Part shown: one piece after another, positions 28,625-37,764 of the stretch
Layout: the number at the start of each line of letters is the position of its first letter
Numbering within the stretch: the stretch's first letter is position 1
The notes under the pieces: generated by a model
The model's input: the letters and a program-made list of their open reading frames with translations, nothing else
Told to the model about the DNA's origin: nothing
The model's database searches: none
Source: Pseudomonadota bacterium
Lineage (GTDB): Bacteria > Bdellovibrionota > FAC87 > UBA2466
Length of the DNA: 64,000 nucleotides
Direction of reading: 5' to 3'
Assembly: GCA_043718025.1 (NCBI GenBank)
Contig: JAYSWN010000069.1
Span: 1 to 64,000 of the forward strand
Program-made: the position numbers and the translations under genes

Positions 28625-28639
28625 CGGTATTGATCTTGC
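28625..28639 (+). promoter_or_regulatory. candidate sigma54 promoter
   Basis: CGGTATTGATCTTGC (GG-N10-GC), preceded by an AT-rich tract and upstream repeats. Confidence 0.45.
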
Positions 28640-28646
28640 TGTATGA

Positions 28647-29195
28647 ATGACTATGCGCGTTATCAAAATGATCACTCTATGCCTCTGTTTGGGATGGGGA
28701 CCGGTCTCGGTTCTGCCGGCCGCAAGCCCGCCCGCTCCCGCAAAACAGTTTAAGAATGTGGATGCTGAAGGCATTGAGGAAGAGCGCCTGGAAACTGAAA
28801 GGTTAAAAAATTATTACCGCGGCGTCGCCGTGAATCCGAGTGACCCCATTTCGCCAAACCCAGTGCCGCTGGCCGTTGGCGCCGCTGAACTCTACGCCAA
28901 GGAACGCGCGCAGCCTTCGCAATCAAAAGAGGCTTACGTTGACGCACAAAACAATTACATTCGCGAAGCCAATCGCGAACTCGATGAAGGGGGAAACGTA
29001 GGTAAATGTTACAAATACGTCGGCGGGTCGCTGCAAGAGATTGCGTGCGTGCACGAACAAATTAATCAGGGGCCGGGCCAATACGTCGGCACTCGTTACG
29101 ATCGCGATCTAAAAACATTGGACGGGCAGACCGGCGAAAAGACCTGGCGCGACGGCGGCGACAACCCACAAAACCGCCCCAAAATTGGCCCCTAG
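28647..29195 (+). CDS. hypothetical secreted protein
   Basis: Signal-like N-terminus and a Cys pair; start may be 28653. Confidence 0.65.
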   Translation: MTMRVIKMITLCLCLGWGPVSVLPAASPPAPAKQFKNVDAEGIEEERLETERLKNYYRGVAVNPSDPISPNPVPLAVGAAELYAKERAQPSQSKEAYVDAQNNYIREANRELDEGGNVGKCYKYVGGSLQEIACVHEQINQGPGQYVGTRYDRDLKTLDGQTGEKTWRDGGDNPQNRPKIGP

Positions 29196-29283
29196 TCAGG
29201 AAACCAGTTTTCTATTCACTAAGTGCTTTACTCCCTCAACTTGTAGTTGCCGTTCTGCATTGGCGCGTTAGTCTCCGTGCCCT

Positions 29284-31143
29284 ATGGCAAATGTGATCAT
29301 CGATGAACGGGGCAAAAATAAAGAAGAGATCGAGGCAATGGAAGTTGCCGAGGCGGCGCGGGAAGATAGCTGGCAACACCCGAGCTTTGTTGCCGATCTC
29401 TTCATGGGCAAAATTCAGTGGGACTCTCTAATCCCTTTTCCCGAACAACCCGAAGCCGATCGCATCGCGGGCGAGCCCTTTCTTAAAGCACTCAAAGAAT
29501 TTTTTGAAACCCAAGTCGACGCCGACAAGATTGACGCCGACGGACTGATTCCGCAGTCCGTTTTAGATGGCCTAGCCAAACTCGGCGCCATGGGAATAAA
29601 AATTCCTAAAGAGTACGGAGGCCTGGGTTTAAGCCAAACCAACTACGCCCGCGCCATGGCATTGATGGCCGGCTATTGCGGATCTACTACCGTAACTATT
29701 TCGGCGCACCAGAGCATCGGCGTGCCGCAGCCGCTTTTGATGTTCGGCACCGATGAACAAAAAACCCGTTTTCTACCGCGTTTTGCCAAGGGAGAAATTT
29801 CGGCGTTTGCACTAACCGAACCCGAAGTGGGATCGGACCCGGCCCGCCTTTCAACCACGGCGGTACCAACCGAAGATGGCAATCATTACATTTTAAACGG
29901 CACCAAATTGTGGTGCACCAACGGGGCCATTGCCGACATTATGGTGGTGATGGTGCAAACCCCCGCGGTCGTTAGCAAGGGGAAGGAACGTAAACAGATT
30001 TCGGCTTTCATCGTCGAAAAGAACATGCCCGGCTTTGAAGTGCTACACCGTTGCCGCTTCATGGGCCTAAATGGAATTCAAAACGCTCTGCTCAAATTTA
30101 CCAATGTAAAGGTGCCCAAGGAGAACCTGATCTGGGGCTTGGGCAAAGGGCTAAAACTGGCGTTAATCACCCTGAATGCCGGTCGATTAAGCCTTCCCGC
30201 CGGTTGTGTGGGGGTCGGCCGCAAGATGATTGAGAGCGCGCGCGAATGGGGAACTGAGCGAGTGCAATGGGGTGCTCCGATCGGTAAGCATGAGTTTGGC
30301 GCGGCCAAGGTGGCCAGCTTAGTCGCCAACGAATTTGCGATGGAGGCCATTACCTGGTTGTCGTGTCATTGGAGCGACGCTCACGATCGCGACATCCGGT
30401 TAGAAGCCGCAATGTCAAAGTTGCATTGTACCGTACGATCCGAGGTGATGGTTCAAGAGACATTGCAGCTACGCGGTGGACGCGGTTACGAAACCGGTCC
30501 GAGCTTAGCCGCCCGGGGCGAAAAGAATGTTCCCGTCGAACGTTGGCTGCGTGATTCGCGCATCAACCAGATTGTCGAAGGCACCAACGAAATTCTAAAA
30601 CTGTTCATCGCGCGCGAAGCCCTCGACGGCCACCTAAAGGTCGCGGGCGACGTGCTAAATCCCAAACTATCGATCGGCACAAGGATAATTGCGGCGGTAA
30701 AAGCGTTTGGTTTCTACGCCATCTGGTATCCAAAACAATGGCTCGGGGCAATTCCCCTGCCCACCGGACTAGGTTTGCCGGCGAAACTTCAGGGCCACGC
30801 CGGCTACATTCGCACCACTTCACACCGTCTAGCCCGCAGCACTTTTCACTTGATGGCGCAGCACGGGCCAAAGCTTGAGAAAAAACAGATGCAGTTGGGC
30901 CGCATTGTGGATATTGCCACCGATCTGTTCGCGATGGCGGCGGCGGTGGGTTACGCTGGCGGCAGAAAAACCAAAGTGCTCCCCGAAGGCACCATCGAAT
31001 CGGCAGACTACTTTTGCCGTGAAGCCCGCGATCGCATTGAGACTAACTTTCAACGCTTGAGCTGCAATCACGATAGCGCCGCCAACCGCTTGGCGGCTAA
31101 GGTGACCGAAGGTAAAATGCAGTGGCAGGAAAAGACTCTATAG
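29284..31143 (+). CDS. acyl-CoA dehydrogenase (VLCAD/FadE10-like)
   Basis: SAHQSIG, AFALTEPEVGSDP, LNGTKLWCTNG, LNAGR, GGRGYE, RDSRINQIVEGTNEI. Confidence 0.93.
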   Translation: MANVIIDERGKNKEEIEAMEVAEAAREDSWQHPSFVADLFMGKIQWDSLIPFPEQPEADRIAGEPFLKALKEFFETQVDADKIDADGLIPQSVLDGLAKLGAMGIKIPKEYGGLGLSQTNYARAMALMAGYCGSTTVTISAHQSIGVPQPLLMFGTDEQKTRFLPRFAKGEISAFALTEPEVGSDPARLSTTAVPTEDGNHYILNGTKLWCTNGAIADIMVVMVQTPAVVSKGKERKQISAFIVEKNMPGFEVLHRCRFMGLNGIQNALLKFTNVKVPKENLIWGLGKGLKLALITLNAGRLSLPAGCVGVGRKMIESAREWGTERVQWGAPIGKHEFGAAKVASLVANEFAMEAITWLSCHWSDAHDRDIRLEAAMSKLHCTVRSEVMVQETLQLRGGRGYETGPSLAARGEKNVPVERWLRDSRINQIVEGTNEILKLFIAREALDGHLKVAGDVLNPKLSIGTRIIAAVKAFGFYAIWYPKQWLGAIPLPTGLGLPAKLQGHAGYIRTTSHRLARSTFHLMAQHGPKLEKKQMQLGRIVDIATDLFAMAAAVGYAGGRKTKVLPEGTIESADYFCREARDRIETNFQRLSCNHDSAANRLAAKVTEGKMQWQEKTL

Positions 31144-31169
31144 AGTGCCGGCCACACGAAAGCAGAGCG

Positions 31170-32312
31170 ATGACGAAACTTATGGCCGCCCCGTTCGCCG
31201 TTGCGCCCGGTCTTAAAAGATTTCCTCATGATCCGAAACAACTGCTGCAGGCGTGGGATAGTGCTGACGAACTTATATTGAAGCACTTGAGTGAGAACGC
31301 CGACACGCACCTAAAAAATAAGCGGGTTTTGATCGTCAACGATCACTTTGGTGCCTTAAGCTGTGCACTCGATGGCTTTAACTCTAGTACCTATACCGAT
31401 TCTTTTGTTAGCTATAAAGCCATCCAGCTCAACAGCCAGGGGCGAACTCAAGCATTCAACTCATTGCCGGAGCTTTCTGGAGTTTACGATCTGGTCTTGA
31501 TCCGAATTCCGAAAAACATGTCGTTCTTCGAAGACGTACTCTGCCATTTGAGCGGTCACCTAAATTCGGACTCTAAAATCATTTGCGGCTACATGCTTAA
31601 GCACGAGGCAAAAGCGAGCTATGGGCTGCTTAGCAAATACATCGGTGTGACCACCACTAGCCTGGCGCAAAAAAAAGCGCGGCTTATCTTTGCCACCTTT
31701 CAACGGGCACCTTTTCTTTCGCCCTATCCTAAAGCGGTTACCCTCGACGGGTTTGAGATTCCGTTTACCCATCACTCGAACCTGTTCAGCCGCGAGCGCT
31801 TAGATATTGGCACACGGTTTCTGCTAAGCCACATTCCGCAAGGAGACTATAAGGCCATTTTAGATCTAGGTTGCGCCAACGGCGTGGTGGGAATTATGGC
31901 CAAACAAGTTAACCCTGCGGCGAAGTTGATCTTTAGCGACGAATCGAACATGGCCATTCAAAGCGCTCGGGCTAACTATAAAAAGTACTTCCCCGACCAG
32001 TCTGATTCGGCTGAATTCCACTGGATAAATTGCTACGAAGATCAAAAGTCCGGCGCGGTGGATTTGGTGATCTGCAATCCGCCGTTTCATCAAGGCAGCA
32101 CTCAAGGTGATCACATCGCCTGGCAAATGTTTGTAGATTCGCGCCGGGCCTTAGTTGCCGGCGGAACCCTTCGCGTGATTGGCAATACCCACCTTGGTTA
32201 CCAGGCCACGCTCAAAAGGCTATTCGGAAATAGCCAAGTTGTGGCCGCAAACCAAAAGTTTATGATTGTCGACGCAGTATTAAACTCCGTGCTCACGAGC
32301 GCTCTGAAATGA
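31170..32312 (+). CDS. rlmG: 23S rRNA (guanine1835-N2)-methyltransferase RlmG-like
   Basis: LQAWDSADE, VNDHFGAL, LAQKKARL, FSRERLDIGTRF, LDLGCANG, CNPPFHQ; start re-picked at ATG 31170. Confidence 0.85.
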   Translation: MTKLMAAPFAVAPGLKRFPHDPKQLLQAWDSADELILKHLSENADTHLKNKRVLIVNDHFGALSCALDGFNSSTYTDSFVSYKAIQLNSQGRTQAFNSLPELSGVYDLVLIRIPKNMSFFEDVLCHLSGHLNSDSKIICGYMLKHEAKASYGLLSKYIGVTTTSLAQKKARLIFATFQRAPFLSPYPKAVTLDGFEIPFTHHSNLFSRERLDIGTRFLLSHIPQGDYKAILDLGCANGVVGIMAKQVNPAAKLIFSDESNMAIQSARANYKKYFPDQSDSAEFHWINCYEDQKSGAVDLVICNPPFHQGSTQGDHIAWQMFVDSRRALVAGGTLRVIGNTHLGYQATLKRLFGNSQVVAANQKFMIVDAVLNSVLTSALK

Positions 32313-32448
32313 CCTTCGATAACAGAGGTTGCCGAAACCACCTACTTCCGGCCAAGGGAAACTGGAGTTCAGCCCCCTTTTTTGGTAGAACTGAAAAGAA
32401 ATACCCCATTGGTATTTCTCTTTAACGAACCAGCCCAATGCAACAGGC

Positions 32449-32457
32449 TGCTATAAT
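32449..32457 (+). promoter_or_regulatory. extended -10 promoter (leaderless)
   Basis: TGcTATAAT lies 6 nt before ATG 32464, with no SD. Confidence 0.55.
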
Positions 32458-32463
32458 TAGTCC

Positions 32464-34299
32464 ATGAAAAAGACTTTGCTTCTATCCCACCTGATCTTAG
32501 GCCTAGCCTTCGCAGAGTTACCTGACCCTCATCAGGCGGCCAACTCCAAGGACGAATCAGCGACAACGCGAAAACTTGGCGCTGCGCCGCCAAAATGCAC
32601 GCTGAATTACATCACCGACTTTTGCAGAGCTTTTGATCCGACGAAGGGTGAATTTTTGCCGATGGAAGGGGGCGCTCGCCTTCCCGTGGATCGGGTGCGG
32701 TCCAATCGATGGAAACTGAGCGCCGAAGAATTGATTGAGCGTGATACCGAGCAAAAGAAGCTAGACAACGAATATGAGTTAAAAATCGGCCGCAAAAAGC
32801 TCACGGTAAGACGCGACATGGAAAAAATACTGGACGGCATCTCGGGTCTTTCTTCGGATTTCAGAACTTTCTTTAAAGGCGAAACGGGTGCCCAGGGTGG
32901 CAGTGCGATTCTTTTTAGCGATGAGTTCGTCGATGCCACGATAATTCTTCCCTGGCCGCTAGACCAGGAAGACGCCCCACTTGCCGAAGTGCCAGTTAAA
33001 TCGGTGGGGGCGGCTTTCGGCAAAGTTGTTGCCGCTGACGAATTGAAAGATCTACGGCAAAAGCAAGATGAATTACTCCTCCTGCAGCGCACCAGACCCG
33101 ACGAAGCCCAAACTAAAACCACCGCAATCGCCTCTAAAGCTCAGGAAGAGGAGCTGAAGGTGATTAAATCGCGCGCGGCCGCCTTGGGCCCACTGGTAGA
33201 AAAGGTGCGCGAAAAGGTGATCGAAACCATTGCACGTGGGCGCGCCGAAAATGAGCTTTCCGAAAATGAAAAACGGCTAATCGAAAGGATTACGACCATT
33301 CGTATGACAAAGCAGGACGACCCGAAGTTGTTAAACGAATGCGCCAAGGGTGCGACCTCTGCGCTTAACGCTCACTACAGTAGCGCCGATCACACAATCA
33401 ATATTTGTCCAACCATGAACCTATTCCCAGACGAATCATTGGCAATGGTCATTGGGCACGAAATCGCCCATGCGATTGATCCGTGTAACGCCCAGTTTAA
33501 TTTGGTTAGTTTGAATCAGGATGCGCTCTACAACCAATTCACCGATGCGGCGACGAGCAGCCTAAAACCCGAGGTGCTAAGTAATCCCTCCCGGACCCGC
33601 CTTTTTCGCTTTCTACAGTTGGTGGGACAAAACACTCCGCCGCCGCATTTGACAGGATATCCCTTTGGATTGGACTACGACGACGACGATTATAAATTGT
33701 TTTCGATGCGGTCTCCCGCGGTGCTTGAAATCAATGTGGCGGCGGTTCCCTTTAAAGATCATCCGCTGGCCTCGGTATTTGCTTGCTTGACCAAACCGGC
33801 GGTTGGCTTTGAAACGTCGGCCGGAAAGAATCCGGAACTTCGCATCCAAAAAATTTTGAAGTTGCGTGCGAAACATGGGGCGGTGGGCAAAGAAGATGAC
33901 AAAGAGATACGAGCCGCCATCAACGCCTATCCCGAATGCGGGGTTGGCGGTGAACACACTCAGGTAACCGAAGCCTTCGCTGATTGGGTGGGTACCGAGG
34001 TCGTCGCCAAGATAGTCGGTACCAAGAAGTTTGAGACAGCAGAAAAACAACTCGCCCCCACCGGTTGGCTGGCACAATCTGCTTGCCGCGATCAAGCCAA
34101 ATACCGCGAGCGTAAGGGCAGCTCGGTAAACGCTACGCTAAAGAATTTTTACGAAGACGATGCCGTGAGCAATGATGTGCATCCCTTGGCGGTGGACCGA
34201 CTTGAAAAGATTGTTTTACAGAACCCGGTGCTTCGAGAAGCCTTTGGATGCGAAAAAGCCACGCTCTACTGTCCCCATCCGTTGGAGGAAAAGAAGTAA
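32464..34299 (+). CDS. secreted zinc metallopeptidase-like protein (gluzincin pattern)
   Basis: Signal peptide; NAHY, INICP, GHEIAHAIDP, EAFADW, distal HP. Confidence 0.7.
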   Translation: MKKTLLLSHLILGLAFAELPDPHQAANSKDESATTRKLGAAPPKCTLNYITDFCRAFDPTKGEFLPMEGGARLPVDRVRSNRWKLSAEELIERDTEQKKLDNEYELKIGRKKLTVRRDMEKILDGISGLSSDFRTFFKGETGAQGGSAILFSDEFVDATIILPWPLDQEDAPLAEVPVKSVGAAFGKVVAADELKDLRQKQDELLLLQRTRPDEAQTKTTAIASKAQEEELKVIKSRAAALGPLVEKVREKVIETIARGRAENELSENEKRLIERITTIRMTKQDDPKLLNECAKGATSALNAHYSSADHTINICPTMNLFPDESLAMVIGHEIAHAIDPCNAQFNLVSLNQDALYNQFTDAATSSLKPEVLSNPSRTRLFRFLQLVGQNTPPPHLTGYPFGLDYDDDDYKLFSMRSPAVLEINVAAVPFKDHPLASVFACLTKPAVGFETSAGKNPELRIQKILKLRAKHGAVGKEDDKEIRAAINAYPECGVGGEHTQVTEAFADWVGTEVVAKIVGTKKFETAEKQLAPTGWLAQSACRDQAKYRERKGSSVNATLKNFYEDDAVSNDVHPLAVDRLEKIVLQNPVLREAFGCEKATLYCPHPLEEKK

Positions 34300-34781
34300 T
34301 GAAAACATCATTCATTTTATTCGCTTTGTGGTCCAGTTTGGCCACGGCTACGTGGGACAGCAGAAAGGTGCTTTTGAGTAAAAATCACACTCTTCGCATT
34401 AACCTTGGCTCTGCTCGAGCCTACCGCGGCCTGGTAATGCTAAAGCGAACCGACGACGAATTGGCCCGCTATTTTTACGCGGAATTTTCCGACGCCGGTC
34501 AAATGAAACCAACTTCGCTAGAATCGCTGGAGTTTTCTAAACGCTACACGGAATTTCGATCGTGGTTCGAAAAAATGGTTGGGATTTATCCCACCGATGG
34601 GCATTGCCAAACCAAACTAGCCATACGCGTATCCGTAGAAAAAAGAGAGGTTCACGCGGCCTCTTTTTGTTACGACCTTGTCGCCGAAGAAGACGCAAAG
34701 TTTCTTAGCCGCTGGCTCAGCGATTTTAATAATGAGCTGGGCGCGTTAAAAAAAAAGAATGGAACGAAGCACTTCAAATAG
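34299..34781 (+). CDS. hypothetical secreted protein
   Basis: TAATG coupling with the upstream gene; signal peptide MKTSFILFALWSSLATA. Confidence 0.7.
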   Translation: MKTSFILFALWSSLATATWDSRKVLLSKNHTLRINLGSARAYRGLVMLKRTDDELARYFYAEFSDAGQMKPTSLESLEFSKRYTEFRSWFEKMVGIYPTDGHCQTKLAIRVSVEKREVHAASFCYDLVAEEDAKFLSRWLSDFNNELGALKKKNGTKHFK

Positions 34782-34813
34782 TGGCGCGGCGGTAATGGTA
34801 GAATTGAAAAGAT

Positions 34814-35425
34814 ATGCCCAGCCCACTTGCCCATTCGATTGTTTCGATCTCGATTCCCCTAGCCACGCTTTCTCACCTCAGATCAAGGCTGCGGCCGAAA
34901 GAATGGGTGGCGCTATTTCTTCTCTGTCTTGGATTGGGAAACAGCCCTGACTTAGATCTTGTTCCCGTCTTATTCGACCACTCGCTTTGGGATACAGTTC
35001 ACCGCTGGCTGGGGCACAACTTATTTGCCTACTTCCTATTTTTCCTAGTTGGCATTTGGCTGATGAAACTATTTGTACCAACTTTAACCCTGCGAGAGCG
35101 CCGATTCACTTCCGCATTTTTGGTAGGCAGTCACCTCTTTCTCGACAGCATGGTCTCGCCGCCCGTTACCGTGACCGGAGTTCCTCTGTTTTGGCCGCTT
35201 ACCAAACAGGTCGTTCACTTTCCCGTCGCCATTTTCCCAGGACTTTCTTATAAAAAGGGGGTTCACGAAGGGCTCTCTTTCTTTACCGACGCTGGCAATT
35301 GGCGAAATGTATTCGCGCCAGAATTAATGATGTCACTCACGCTCTCCGTCTTATTGATTTTGATGGGACGTCTAATTTCACACTGCAGATACCTAAGAGA
35401 CTTTAGATATAAATCGCAAAAGTAA
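34814..35425 (+). CDS. YdjM/DUF457-family membrane-bound metal-dependent hydrolase
   Basis: MPSPLAH, SPDLD, HRWLGH, SHLFLD, GVPLFWP. Confidence 0.85.
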   Translation: MPSPLAHSIVSISIPLATLSHLRSRLRPKEWVALFLLCLGLGNSPDLDLVPVLFDHSLWDTVHRWLGHNLFAYFLFFLVGIWLMKLFVPTLTLRERRFTSAFLVGSHLFLDSMVSPPVTVTGVPLFWPLTKQVVHFPVAIFPGLSYKKGVHEGLSFFTDAGNWRNVFAPELMMSLTLSVLLILMGRLISHCRYLRDFRYKSQK

Positions 35426-35533
35426 GGGTGGGGCGGCAACTGGCAAACATTTTTGCGCCAGAACTAATAATTTGAGAATGGCGCCCAAAAGTGCGGTATG
35501 AGATGGCTTCTGGTCCCCTTCAGAGGTGAGTTT

Positions 35534-35965
35534 ATGAAGAACAAAATAGCGCTTATTATGTTCGTACCTGGCCTTGTTTTCGCAGAAACCTGCGCCCAAA
35601 GTTTGTCGAATTACCAAGTGGATCAATTTGGGGAGACCATTTGGTTCGACGCGGAAAGCGAAGCCCGAGCCGAGCAAAAACGAACCCGCTTTGAACTCGC
35701 TACTAGGTTTATTCAAACCCTTGACGATGATTCGATAGAAAAGGGAATGCTAGAAAGGTTAGAGGGCCGCACACCGGTAAATGACGGCCTGGACACTTCC
35801 CGCAATTTAACTATTCGTAACCATCTAATGAGGGCCTACGACTTTGGTATCGACGTAGACGGGCTGCAGCGCGAGCTAAAATCGGGAACCGACGGGCCCA
35901 TTACCTCTCAGTATAGAGAGCGTTTCCAAAGTAGCGTTAAAGAACAGGCCGAAGCCCTAAATTAG
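35534..35965 (+). CDS. hypothetical secreted protein
   Basis: SD GAGGTG before ATG 35534; signal peptide VFA|ETC. Confidence 0.65.
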   Translation: MKNKIALIMFVPGLVFAETCAQSLSNYQVDQFGETIWFDAESEARAEQKRTRFELATRFIQTLDDDSIEKGMLERLEGRTPVNDGLDTSRNLTIRNHLMRAYDFGIDVDGLQRELKSGTDGPITSQYRERFQSSVKEQAEALN

Positions 35966-36016
35966 GTCGGCTTAGCTCTAAGTCCCCGGTTGATCAACGG
36001 CGGATAATACGGCGAC

Positions 36017-36478
36017 TCACTTTCGCTGCGTCGCGCGGCGAGATTTGTCGGCCAGGGCAAACAGCGCCGAGAATAAAAATACGGCGACCACAGACCAAGA
36101 GATCACAATTTTACTCAACTGCCAGGCAAGGGCGCGTTTGCTGAGCTCTATGACTTCAAAAGAATTGCCTTTTCTTTCGATGGTAAAGGCAGACCACTTG
36201 CCGTCTTTGGTTCCGGTCAAAAGACGCGCGCCGGCAAACTCGGCCGTCGCATGCACTTCATCGTGGGGAAGCGAAAAAGCTTCGGGTTCGTCTTTGGCCT
36301 CGAGCGTGCCCGTAGGCGTCGTGAGCAGGACCCCGGTAGTCCCCGGGGGCATCGATAGCGTCACCGAAGGTTCGATAATCTTCGCGCCAAGTCGGTTGGT
36401 GATGCCCAGCAATAGAAAAACGAATGCGGTAAAAAATTTGAGGCGTTTGGCGGTCATAGGTAACAGAAAGATCTGCAT
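36017..36478 (-). CDS. hypothetical membrane-anchored protein
   Basis: N-terminal signal/TM segment and C-terminal TM with a basic tail. Confidence 0.6.
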   Translation of the reverse strand: MQIFLLPMTAKRLKFFTAFVFLLLGITNRLGAKIIEPSVTLSMPPGTTGVLLTTPTGTLEAKDEPEAFSLPHDEVHATAEFAGARLLTGTKDGKWSAFTIERKGNSFEVIELSKRALAWQLSKIVISWSVVAVFLFSALFALADKSRRATQRK

Positions 36479-36761
36479 ACCACCGGCCAGTTTATTTAAC
36501 GCGATGGAAGCCGGCGTATACTCAGTGAATTCGCCTTTTTAACCGATTTTCTTTGTCTAAAAATTGGGTTCGAAATGGGCACCTCCCCGGGCTATCCCAT
36601 TAACTTCACAATGATTCTTTCAAAAAACTCGAAAAATGGGGCGTCATCCGGAACGACAAACTCGGCCAAACCATTGAATTAAAAGATGAAAAACTGGGGC
36701 TTCGGTTAGTGGTGAAAAAAAGTTCGTCACCTGGCAAAGGGTTATTCAGCCGTATGAAACC

Positions 36762-36776
36762 TGGTCTTTGCTTTGC
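36762..36776 (+). promoter_or_regulatory. candidate sigma54 promoter
   Basis: TGGTCTTTGCTTTGC (GG-N10-GC), upstream of 36863. Confidence 0.4.
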
Positions 36777-36862
36777 ACCATAAGTTTGGATTCGACAGGG
36801 GTTCCGGGGTTAAAGATTCAATCCTTTTTGAATTTCTTCCGATACTGAATTTAGGAGGCGCG

Positions 36863-37429
36863 ATGAAGGTCCTTCAGGTGATTTTTTCAATTTTCTTGTT
36901 CTCTGTGGTGGCAAGTGCTGACCCGGTAGAAGTGGTGCTGTCGACCACGATATCTGGCGTGAAAGACGCCAAGAGCTTACAGAATTACGTTCTTAAGGGA
37001 AACAAGGCGCGGGTGTACGCCAAAGTACAAATCCACGCTAAGGGTTACTCTAACCAAGGCCTACGCCAGTGGTTAGAGCGCCGGCTTCCCGGTAACGTAG
37101 ACGGCTTTTTCGAGCGCGAAGACAAAGACAGTGGGCTAAGCGTTCGCTACAAACCGGTAGCGTTCAAGCTTCGTAAAGCCGAAATTTTTTGCACCGGCGG
37201 TTCAACGCCCGAGTACGAAGTGTGCCACGCTGATTACGCCGTCTCTAACGCCAACGCGGTGGACATACCGAGCGGCGAAGGTGGCGAGCACATGGTGACC
37301 TTGCAGATGCTACCGCCGTCTAACGACTTTCGCGTGAAGATGGCCAAGGGAGCCACGAAGAACTACTTCGTGCTCGCCGGCGATCCAAAGCTTTCCCGGT
37401 TCGGCTTTGCCGGTGGTTCCGACCACTAG
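36863..37429 (+). CDS. hypothetical secreted protein
   Basis: SD AGGAGG before ATG 36863; signal peptide ASA|DP. Confidence 0.75.
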   Translation: MKVLQVIFSIFLFSVVASADPVEVVLSTTISGVKDAKSLQNYVLKGNKARVYAKVQIHAKGYSNQGLRQWLERRLPGNVDGFFEREDKDSGLSVRYKPVAFKLRKAEIFCTGGSTPEYEVCHADYAVSNANAVDIPSGEGGEHMVTLQMLPPSNDFRVKMAKGATKNYFVLAGDPKLSRFGFAGGSDH

Positions 37430-37459
37430 CACCGAAACGGGGTATGGGTTTAATTAAAG

Positions 37460-37491
37460 GCCTCGGCTGATTCAGCCGAGGCTTTATTTTT
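37460..37491 (+). terminator. intrinsic terminator
   Basis: GCCTCGGCTGA-T-TCAGCCGAGGC followed by TTTATTTTT. Confidence 0.7.
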
Positions 37492-37596
37492 GCCCCCTTC
37501 CCCGAATTGAAGTCCCCGAACAAGAAACAGTTACTGTTCGTGCTGCGATTGCGGCGACTTTACACTCGCTTTCGTTAATCAAATAAAAAACCACGA

Positions 37597-37657
37597 AAAT
37601 GGAATCCAACCCCGTTCGCCTCCGAAGGGAGGGGGGCCCAAAATCCAAATGCGGTAG
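37597..37657. repeat. 61-bp dispersed intergenic repeat, copy 2
   Basis: Same orientation as 15154-15214, 5 mismatches. Confidence 0.85.
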
Positions 37658-37764
37658 GCGGCCGCGCACGCACAACGCAGTGCGCCCTGCCCGTTTCTTG
37701 CCCCCACCGAAAGACCGCGATATTCTTGTCTTATTCCAAACCCTCCGCACATTAAGGACGCCCC

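Noticed and set aside
35441..35456. TGGCAAACATTTTTGC sigma54-like site
   Set aside because: GG-to-GC spacing is 11 nt rather than the required 10
36788..36801. ggattcgacagggg resembles the tmRNA 5' motif
   Set aside because: No GGGG acceptor-stem start before it, no tag ORF and no T-arm/CCA end; a protein gene with a strong SD follows within about 60 nt
15154..37657. CRISPR or IS interpretation of the 61-bp repeat
   Set aside because: Only two distant copies, no spacers, no cas or transposase gene, no evident target-site duplication
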